A stretch of DNA of 64,000 bases, taken from sequence record PQ741806.1; one strand, 5' to 3'. Positions 57,622-64,000 of this stretch are shown here, piece after piece. Position numbers and translations under genes: made by a program. How positions within the stretch are numbered: the first letter of the stretch is position 1; every line of letters starts with the position of its first letter. The notes under the pieces were generated by a model. That model searched no databases and was not told where the DNA came from. It worked only from the letters and a program-made list of their open reading frames with translations.

Positions 57622-57906
57622 TTATGCTGCACGTGGGATTACTGATATCTTAAGAGTCAGATCAGCTGCGTCCAGTAGGTTTACCAGGGCATCCAGAGAG
57701 AACTTGTCAATCTTGCCTTTGAGTAGATCATTCAATCTTGGCTGCGTAACATGTAGGCGAGCAGCAGCATCTTTTTGTGGAAGATCCCAGCCCTTGATAG
57801 TACGGGTGAGAGCCCGCATGAGTTGGGAACGGATACGCAGGTTTTCGGTTTCTTCTGTCGAGTCAACTAGTTTATCCCAAACACCGGTAGTACGTTCGTT
57901 TGTCAT
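57622..57906 (-). CDS. XRE-family HTH protein, HigA/HTH_37 antitoxin-like
   Basis: VWDKL.D..EE..NLRIRSQLM...QKDAAARLHVTQPRLNDLLKGKIDKFSLDALV matches the HigA-like HTH_37 pattern. Confidence 0.8.
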   Translation of the reverse strand: MTNERTTGVWDKLVDSTEETENLRIRSQLMRALTRTIKGWDLPQKDAAARLHVTQPRLNDLLKGKIDKFSLDALVNLLDAADLTLKISVIPRAA

Positions 57907-57913
57907 CTGTTTG

Positions 57914-58177
57914 TTACCTCTTTAGGTAAATGTTCGGATAATAAACTACATTATATTTAAAGAAATCACTTACCTTGAATTTTATGTTCGGTGCAGTGAT
58001 TAGATAACAATAATCACCGTCAACCATAACGCGTCGATCATGGCTATACACCCTAGGGCCATGTAACGGAGAAGTTACATAAATCCCATTGGGAAGATTC
58101 TGTAAATCTTCTTTTTTCAGAAACTTACCATTAGGATTTATAGTTGATGGATAACACCCCTCATTAAGTTTATACAT
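57914..58177 (-). CDS. Hypothetical protein, NLPxGxYxTxPxHGP family (copy 1)
   Basis: 87 aa. Confidence 0.62.
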   Translation of the reverse strand: MYKLNEGCYPSTINPNGKFLKKEDLQNLPNGIYVTSPLHGPRVYSHDRRVMVDGDYCYLITAPNIKFKVSDFFKYNVVYYPNIYLKR

Positions 58178-58192
58178 AAACTATCTCTCTTT

Positions 58193-58222
58193 ATAAAACC
58201 ACCTATTGTAAGGTGGTTTTAT
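58193..58222 (-). terminator. Hairpin terminator
   Basis: ataaaaccacct-attgta-aggtggttttat. Confidence 0.7.
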
Positions 58223-58245
58223 ATCGTGTATAATGTTCTTTAATC

Positions 58246-58521
58246 TTACTGACCGATATAGGTGCTGGTATACAGGCCAATGGTTGGTTTGTGAATAGTC
58301 AGATTGTATTTTTTAGCTAGCTCATCAATATCCTTGGAGCAGTCAATAAACTTACCAGTCTCACGATATCGCATTACCCATGAACCCCGAAATGGTGTAT
58401 CATCTAGTGGATTATAACCATATTCACGACATACCACAATTGCTTCATTTCGCGGGGTGGCTCCAGTAGTGACAAAGTAATTTTCATAAACTGGAATCAT
58501 CGATACATCTTTATTGCTCAT
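58246..58521 (-). CDS. Hypothetical protein, REYGxNP...RGxWVxR family (copy 2)
   Basis: Likely start ATG 58521 (RBS gagg); 91 aa. Confidence 0.62.
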   Translation of the reverse strand: MSNKDVSMIPVYENYFVTTGATPRNEAIVVCREYGYNPLDDTPFRGSWVMRYRETGKFIDCSKDIDELAKKYNLTIHKPTIGLYTSTYIGQ

Positions 58522-58562
58522 AATAACCTCTCTAAAATTACCTGAAGGGATATGCATGATAT

Positions 58563-59060
58563 TTATTTTTGTTTTTGACTGATCATGGAGGCATTGGTGA
58601 AGTAATATAACGCATGTTTCCAATCTTGAGGGTCATATGTGCACTTATGTGCAATCACATAAGCACCATCAATTTTTTTGAACAAGCGTACCATGATCAC
58701 CTCATCCATATCAATCCCGTTATGTACAGTTTGATAATTCAGTCTCACCAACATGTCATCTACATTGGTTTTCAATTGGAGACCGCCTTTGAAGAAATCA
58801 CGAACACCATCCATGATTTGTTCATTACGAGACAGTATGTTTTCAGAGATCTGTTCGAATATACCCCTTGCGCCGATTAAAAGTAACTGGTCGTAATTGG
58901 GTTCACCCATGCAGATGGCCTCATCATCACGATTACACATCTTCTCCAGCAGAACGATAGGGTTATAATCCCAAGCAACCCCACCAGTTACAACAGAGGT
59001 CAAATAGCCATAGAGACTGAGTTCACTGTCACGCTCATTTGCAGGAATCATGCGGTTCAT
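58563..59060 (-). CDS. Hypothetical protein
   Basis: Likely start ATG 59060 (RBS gagga); 165 aa. Confidence 0.62.
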   Translation of the reverse strand: MNRMIPANERDSELSLYGYLTSVVTGGVAWDYNPIVLLEKMCNRDDEAICMGEPNYDQLLLIGARGIFEQISENILSRNEQIMDGVRDFFKGGLQLKTNVDDMLVRLNYQTVHNGIDMDEVIMVRLFKKIDGAYVIAHKCTYDPQDWKHALYYFTNASMISQKQK

Positions 59061-59095
59061 AATTAACGATCCTCGTATTGGTGTTGCAGCATAGC

Positions 59096-59479
59096 TCAGC
59101 AAGTCTCTTGAGCTTTCTCAAAACTAGCCATCGAGCGGGTGCGCGCACGCTGTAGAATAGACAAGCCGTATTTTTTGAACTTCTTCTTGTGGATGAAACC
59201 AAGGCGTTCGTAGATGAAGTCTTTACGGTCGGCGCGAGGTTTACCATCAGCTACGATACCACGGTCGAAAAGAGCCCAGAACAGAGCGCTTTCATCATGC
59301 AGGTAGTTGGCCATTTCCTGAGGCCACTGAACTGCGCATAGAGCAACGATTTGTTCAAGTAAACCACTATCTGAGATGGCATAGTACTCACGACCCTGAA
59401 CATAGTTCATTTTGTCGAAGTTGCACATAGCCAGTCTGCCAGTACCCTGGTTGATTTTCTTTTGAATGTGTTCGTTCAT
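59096..59479 (-). CDS. Hypothetical protein (visibly more GC-rich DNA)
   Basis: 127 aa; RBS atagg. Confidence 0.65.
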   Translation of the reverse strand: MNEHIQKKINQGTGRLAMCNFDKMNYVQGREYYAISDSGLLEQIVALCAVQWPQEMANYLHDESALFWALFDRGIVADGKPRADRKDFIYERLGFIHKKKFKKYGLSILQRARTRSMASFEKAQETC

Positions 59480-59514
59480 GGTTTGACCTATTTTCAGATT
59501 TGGATTAATTATAG

Positions 59515-59766
59515 CTAGACGAAGGTATTGCGTTCGAATTGGATGGAATTACGTTCAACAATATCGTTGAGGTATTTATCATTGTCGATAAATTCCCCAG
59601 TGAGCATGTTACGCAGAACCCAGTTCCCCCGAAGTGGTATACCGCTGTTAGGGTTGATCCCGTATTCACGCATCAAAATCCGACGATTGTGGTCAACACC
59701 TGGCTCCATGTAAGATTCACTGATAAAACATTCCACCATGTTGATAACTTCTTTAGATTCGCTCAT
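59515..59766 (-). CDS. Hypothetical protein, REYGxNP...RGxWVxR family (copy 1)
   Basis: 83 aa; RBS aagga. Confidence 0.65.
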   Translation of the reverse strand: MSESKEVINMVECFISESYMEPGVDHNRRILMREYGINPNSGIPLRGNWVLRNMLTGEFIDNDKYLNDIVERNSIQFERNTFV

Positions 59767-59837
59767 TGACTTATTCCTTCTTTTGCAGGTATTATGTAAT
59801 ACGATAATGGATTATGGCTTTAACCATCAGATCCTTT

Positions 59838-60260
59838 TCACGCAGTTGGTTTGAATGGATTTGCACTACGACTACGTTTTTGATATGAAATTAGTGCACC
59901 CCATACATTATCGGCTGATACATATTCAGGCATAGCTTTTTCATCATTGTAACTGACACGGTATGCCTTAGCCACACCTGTGCTATCTACAATGTGAACT
60001 TTTTCAATGACAAATGCTTTTCCAGAAGGCCCAGGGATATGTAATCCTCTTTTAAAAAGTTCTTCAAGAATGCGTTCTAATGCAATTTTAGCATTAGGGT
60101 AATCATTATCAAGTGACTTAATACCACCTTTAATTTTATTATCTAGGTCACTGAGTGCCTTTTTAAAAACACTAACATCATGATCAAAACATTCGAGAGT
60201 GTGATCGAAGTTTTGCATGAGCGCTATTAGTAGACCATTAGGAAATACTACTTTTGACAT
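59838..60260 (-). CDS. Hypothetical protein
   Basis: 140 aa; RBS ataggtg. Confidence 0.65.
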   Translation of the reverse strand: MSKVVFPNGLLIALMQNFDHTLECFDHDVSVFKKALSDLDNKIKGGIKSLDNDYPNAKIALERILEELFKRGLHIPGPSGKAFVIEKVHIVDSTGVAKAYRVSYNDEKAMPEYVSADNVWGALISYQKRSRSANPFKPTA

Positions 60261-60270
60261 ATATCACCTA

Positions 60271-60627
60271 TTAGTAAACAGTTGGGAACGTTTGTAGGAA
60301 CCAATCATTAATACGTGTATTAACACTAGCCCCGTGTTCAGGCGCTACTTTAAAACCAGCGACGATGTCCTGTAACTCTTCAGTGAGTTTGTTGTGTACT
60401 TTACCTTCACAATCGATAAAGTCTTCTGCGGTTGGCATAACCTCAGCGCGAATAACAGAGGCACGCTTAGAAAGCATTGTAAGAATTTCATTAGACACTG
60501 AAGCAGCATTACGCAACTTATTGATTTTTACATCAATAACAGTTTTATGATAGATTTTACCAACTGCACACATTGTAACTGAACCAACAAAAATACCAAG
60601 ACAGAGTGATACTTTATCAATATTCAT
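60271..60627 (-). CDS. N-terminally membrane-anchored hypothetical protein
   Basis: VSLCLGIFVGSVTMCAVG followed by basic residues. Confidence 0.62.
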   Translation of the reverse strand: MNIDKVSLCLGIFVGSVTMCAVGKIYHKTVIDVKINKLRNAASVSNEILTMLSKRASVIRAEVMPTAEDFIDCEGKVHNKLTEELQDIVAGFKVAPEHGASVNTRINDWFLQTFPTVY

Positions 60628-60688
60628 TTTGTATACCTATTTACGTTTATTGAAGTGATTAAAAAATAATACGATGTAGAAAATAAAA

Positions 60689-60706
60689 GGGAGTCCGAAG
60701 ACTCCC
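60689..60706 (-). terminator. Hairpin terminator
   Basis: gggagtc-cgaa-gactccc; U-rich tail on the - strand. Confidence 0.75.
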
Positions 60707-60714
60707 ATTATCAG

Positions 60715-61155
60715 TTACACATCTGACACATCATCGAACAGATCAAGTTGTTTCCGATTACGTCGTTCTTCTTCTTCGATACGACGATTCTCTTCTTCAA
60801 TCTCTTTCTGCCGTTTGACAAGCCTCCTGTGCAGACTCATTTGCCATGCAGTATCATAACGGCATCGCACTGATTCAATATATTTAAGCCCTACTTCATT
60901 AATGCTCTCAAGAAGATCCAGTGACACAAGTGTCTCCTTGGATGCATTAATGCTAGCCTTAAGATAATGGGCCATTGCTGTTGCTGGATGGAACGGTAGT
61001 TTATCGACATCCATGGTCTTTTGATAAGCTTTCAGTTTATGGATAATAATTCGTCCATAATAGAATTCATAGAGTTTTTCTCTAGAATCCCAAGCAAGCT
61101 TACCGAGTACGGCTCCACTTACCATCCCTAATGTAAGAGATAGCTTAGAGTTCAT
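60715..61155 (-). CDS. N-anchored hypothetical protein with charged coiled-coil tail
   Basis: Likely start ATG 61155 (MNSKLSLTLGMVSGAVLG; RBS aagga). Confidence 0.6.
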   Translation of the reverse strand: MNSKLSLTLGMVSGAVLGKLAWDSREKLYEFYYGRIIIHKLKAYQKTMDVDKLPFHPATAMAHYLKASINASKETLVSLDLLESINEVGLKYIESVRCRYDTAWQMSLHRRLVKRQKEIEEENRRIEEEERRNRKQLDLFDDVSDV

Positions 61156-61462
61156 TGTTAATTGCATCCTTAATCCAGTTACGGATTTTTGATTTAATTC
61201 GATGTTTATCACTGATGGTGTTAAACATATCCAATCCATCATTAATAACGTATATAAGCTCTACTTCAATAAAGTCCGTCATTACTTCCACGGTGGTATT
61301 ATCTGAATTAGATTTGATATAATCGGAATAGTCCTTTACTTTTTCACGGATATTCTTTTCTAATTTAATCTCATTATAAACAGTCACACCGACTTCGAAC
61401 ACATAGATGGTACCAGCCAGCATGAGACCAGTTTTTACAACATTACCGATAATGGAAAGCAT
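61145..61462 (-). CDS. N-anchored hypothetical protein
   Basis: 105 aa; GLMLAGTIYVFEVGVTVY segment. Confidence 0.62.
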   Translation of the reverse strand: MLSIIGNVVKTGLMLAGTIYVFEVGVTVYNEIKLEKNIREKVKDYSDYIKSNSDNTTVEVMTDFIEVELIYVINDGLDMFNTISDKHRIKSKIRNWIKDAINNEL

Positions 61463-61507
61463 GATAATATCCTATTAGTTAATGAATGTAGATTTATTTT
61501 GATTATA

Positions 61508-61669
61508 TTAAAACTTGATATTTAGAACACGTTTAGCTATTATAATACCAACATATACTCCTAGTGCTATCTCCGCATATTTGGTGATGACGTTTTTAAT
61601 CTTCTTATGTTTAGGTGCCTCGGGCACATCCGCGATAAGTTTTTGAAGTTTAACTTTATCAATATTCAT
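61508..61669 (-). CDS. Small C-terminally anchored protein
   Basis: Likely start ATG 61669 (MNIDKVKLQK...); 53 aa; C-terminal IALGVYVGIIIA. Confidence 0.55.
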   Translation of the reverse strand: MNIDKVKLQKLIADVPEAPKHKKIKNVITKYAEIALGVYVGIIIAKRVLNIKF

Positions 61670-61711
61670 TTGTATTTTCCTTTTTACGATTAATTGAAGG
61701 TTTAACAAACT

Positions 61712-61751
61712 CATTCAAATATAATTTTATTATCGTAATTATATTTGAATG
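61712..61751. promoter_or_regulatory. Perfect 15-bp-arm inverted repeat overlapping an early-like TATAATTAC motif
   Basis: cattcaaatataatt-ttattatcgt-aattatatttgaatg. Confidence 0.5.
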
Positions 61752-61777
61752 GGGCCTCAGTGAGGCCCTATCCATTT

Positions 61778-62116
61778 TTACATCTTACGAACTGTATCGA
61801 ATACTTGATTCGTATAGTCATCGCCATAAATGATCGACAGCTTATTACGAATTACATCCAGTCGATGTTTTTCAATATTGCTCTCAGCAACAGCACTATC
61901 CATTGTCTCAGTCATTGCAGCATTGACGAACATCATGAACTCATCTGATTCACCATACTCTTTTGAAATACTTTTAAACTGATCCCTGAAACCCATGAGT
62001 TTGTCAAAGTTGGCTTTAGTCTCTTTAGCCTTCTTGTAGATAACATACCCAGTTCCAGCCAGTGATGCAGTGGCCAGAAGAAAAGATACACCTTTTGCAA
62101 TCGTATTGAATTTCAT
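61778..62116 (-). CDS. N-anchored hypothetical protein
   Basis: 112 aa; GVSFLLATASLAGTGYVIYKKAK. Confidence 0.65.
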   Translation of the reverse strand: MKFNTIAKGVSFLLATASLAGTGYVIYKKAKETKANFDKLMGFRDQFKSISKEYGESDEFMMFVNAAMTETMDSAVAESNIEKHRLDVIRNKLSIIYGDDYTNQVFDTVRKM

Positions 62117-62150
62117 AATAAATATTCCTATTTACTAATATTAAAACTAT

Positions 62151-62597
62151 TTAATAGTTTCTGAAATGTTCACAAGTCGTTACTTCTTTCAGTCGTTTGA
62201 TGATGTAATCTCGACTTTTATTGAATTGAAGTTTCTTTGCGTCATCCAGTTCATCCCATTGTGTAATTCTGGCCAGTTCAGGAACATTGTCATATTTTGC
62301 TTTGTTAAGTTTTTTAATCATGTCCCATACATAGCAACCTTCGATAAACCACAAAAGACTCGTGTATGTATCCTTGTCAATTAAATTTACTCCATAAAGA
62401 CTAAGGTCAACCTTGGCTTCTTCTGCCATTTTAATGGTTTTCTTATAATTATCAAATACATTGTGGAGGTTATGCTCTTCGCCACTGCTATCACAGTTTT
62501 CAATAGCTTTCATCAACTCCGGAAATGTATCACTATAGAACTTGATCAATTTACGAGTAATCGCCTCTTGCACTTTCTGCTTTTTAGTCTTTGCCAT
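62151..62597 (-). CDS. Hypothetical early protein
   Basis: 148 aa; first gene behind TATATTAC 62656. Confidence 0.65.
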   Translation of the reverse strand: MAKTKKQKVQEAITRKLIKFYSDTFPELMKAIENCDSSGEEHNLHNVFDNYKKTIKMAEEAKVDLSLYGVNLIDKDTYTSLLWFIEGCYVWDMIKKLNKAKYDNVPELARITQWDELDDAKKLQFNKSRDYIIKRLKEVTTCEHFRNY

Positions 62598-62655
62598 TTT
62601 ATTTCCACCTATTTACATTAAGTTGTATGATAATGTTTACAGTATTGTCACAAAT

Positions 62656-62663
62656 GTAATATA
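62656..62663 (-). promoter_or_regulatory. Early promoter TATATTAC
   Basis: Exact consensus; the 17-bp context tgtaatatactgtttaa is identical at 62655 and 63843. Confidence 0.75.
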
Positions 62664-62695
62664 CTGTTTAAAATGGTTTGAATATACGACATAAA

Positions 62696-62715
62696 GCCTT
62701 CCCCTGAGGGAAGGC
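62696..62715 (-). terminator. Hairpin terminator
   Basis: gccttccc-ctga-gggaaggc with cataaa flank. Confidence 0.75.
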
Positions 62716-62720
62716 CAATG

Positions 62721-63209
62721 TTAAACCGATGAATCTATCCACGGTGGATAAACAACCACAATCTGGTTAGGCATGTGATTAGACCAATCTTCAATGATAG
62801 TTCTAACATCAGAGAAATCTAATCCACCATTAGCACACCCTAGAGGTGGTATGATAATTTTCCAATCTGGATGAATACAGTCTTCTTCATTTTCCGCAGA
62901 ATCCGATACGTTCTCCATCATCCACTCTAGACCACGTTCAATGAAACTAATTTGAGATGGGTTCCGCCAGTTATCCTTAGTGGGAAACATCATGAAACGT
63001 TTACCATCGGATGCTTTGTAAATAACCGGATTACCAATAGTAATAATTCTCTTTTTGCAATCGTGTTTGTATCTTTCAAAAAGTTCAGGATACTTTTCTT
63101 TAAACGATTTAGCTAAACCAGCGCCCATGACGCCAACAACATTAACAGTGATTAGATAAAGATCACCAGGTACATTGAATATATCTTTACCTATAATAAA
63201 TTCAGCCAT
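62721..63209 (-). CDS. Stand-alone macrodomain ADP-ribosyl hydrolase, DarG/TARG1-like (gp104-like)
   Basis: TVNVVGVMGAGLAKSFKEKYP, FPTKDNW, PPLGCANGGLDF motifs. Confidence 0.88.
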   Translation of the reverse strand: MAEFIIGKDIFNVPGDLYLITVNVVGVMGAGLAKSFKEKYPELFERYKHDCKKRIITIGNPVIYKASDGKRFMMFPTKDNWRNPSQISFIERGLEWMMENVSDSAENEEDCIHPDWKIIIPPLGCANGGLDFSDVRTIIEDWSNHMPNQIVVVYPPWIDSSV

Positions 63210-63289
63210 GATAATGGCTCCTTCTACAAGAGTACTAATGAGAAGATCAAAACATAGACCTTCTCATTAGATTGGGTGCATTTCCAGGC

Positions 63290-63682
63290 TTATTGGATTT
63301 CTGGATTAGCATTGTAGAAGCCAATATAAGCCTTATTAAACTTCAAGTAATAATTATACTCTGAAGGCTCACCAGTTATTTCCCTAAATACCTTAGCAGT
63401 TATAACTTCGAACTTAGAACGCCGTAGCATTGGGAATAATTTCTTACTGCGCGATAGCTCACACAATCTAATCGAGATAGCTTGATCTTTAAATAAACCT
63501 GATTTGGTAAAAAAAGCGCCTTCATGAAGCCATTGAATTACTTCATTAAAGTCTGCGCGCCATTTCCTATGCTCATTTAAAGTTTTACCATTTATAAGGT
63601 ACCATAAAGCTCTAACTTTAGATCCAATAGTAAAAATACCTATTACCATTACTGCTAGACATATAGCAATTATAAATGACAT
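63290..63682 (-). CDS. N-anchored membrane protein
   Basis: Start re-assigned to ATG 63682 (RBS taggagg); MSFIIAICLAVMVIGIFTIG. Confidence 0.65.
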   Translation of the reverse strand: MSFIIAICLAVMVIGIFTIGSKVRALWYLINGKTLNEHRKWRADFNEVIQWLHEGAFFTKSGLFKDQAISIRLCELSRSKKLFPMLRRSKFEVITAKVFREITGEPSEYNYYLKFNKAYIGFYNANPEIQ

Positions 63683-63690
63683 ATGTCCTC

Positions 63691-63816
63691 CTAAATACCA
63701 TTGAAGATTAAAGTTCCTATTAGTGAGAGAATGAATAACACGACCACATGATGAAGTTTTATCCATGTTTCAGGTACTACCGGTTGTTTAGGTTTATTTA
63801 AAGGGATGTTTTCCAT
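63691..63816 (-). CDS. 41-aa membrane peptide (not in the ORF track)
   Basis: MENIPLNKPKQPVVPETWIKLHHVVVLFILSLIGTLIFNGI; RBS ggag; first ORF after the early promoter. Confidence 0.6.
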   Translation of the reverse strand: MENIPLNKPKQPVVPETWIKLHHVVVLFILSLIGTLIFNGI

Positions 63817-63843
63817 GTATATACTCCACATTAGTTCATATGT

Positions 63844-63851
63844 GTAATATA
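63844..63851 (-). promoter_or_regulatory. Early promoter TATATTAC
   Basis: Exact consensus upstream of the peptide-membrane protein-macrodomain operon. Confidence 0.75.
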
Positions 63852-64000
63852 CTGTTTAAGATCTTTCAAATACACCTTTCCAATTAGTAGGTCTTGGATA
63901 GGATCTAGGTAGTGATTCAGAATGTATAATGAATCCCTCGATATCCCCTTCTTTTGTTTTAACAGCAACTATATCTTTGATAATACCTTTTATTTGTAAT

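Noticed and set aside
57593-57925. 110-aa plus-strand ORF antisense to the HTH gene, considered as a hidden toxin
   Set aside because: R/S/A-rich shadow typical of GC-richer genes; no RelE/HigB features or RBS

Overview
A 64-kb segment of a phiKZ-like Pseudomonas jumbo (nucleus-forming) phage, either phiKZ itself or a very close Phikzvirus, shown in reverse orientation to the usual phiKZ map (about gp165 down to gp104). The gp numbers are my assignments from recognised proteins plus synteny and are approximate for the hypotheticals. Replication, recombination and transcription genes: SbcC/Rad50-like ATPase (truncated at the edge), RNase H, UvsX/RecA, RuvC, DnaB-like helicase, virion RNAP beta C-terminal subunit (gp149) and non-virion RNAP subunit gp123. 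Virion and lysis genes: tail spike and PAAR tip, head paralogs, collagen-like fibres gp146/gp145, endolysin gp144 with overlapping spanins, the gp131-135 fibre family, portal and major capsid protein gp120. The right-hand ~8 kb is an early accessory region of small ORFs. Best lead: the MCP TGA stop is followed in frame by a start-less 26-codon extension (AGKGYRYLENGTIRYLEDGNARKLEE*). It fills the 3' UTR up to the terminator and carries the same RxLExG triple repeat as the C-terminus of gp143, which suggests programmed stop-codon read-through producing a minor extended capsid protein. Other leads: a 2OG-Fe(II) dioxygenase plus degenerate partner in the fibre operon, two orphan antitoxin-like genes (DarG-like macrodomain, HigA-like HTH), a second spanin-like pair, a ~640-bp hairpin-rich non-coding region, and a family of hairpins flanked by TATG. 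I saw no tRNA, rRNA, CRISPR array, intein or IS element.
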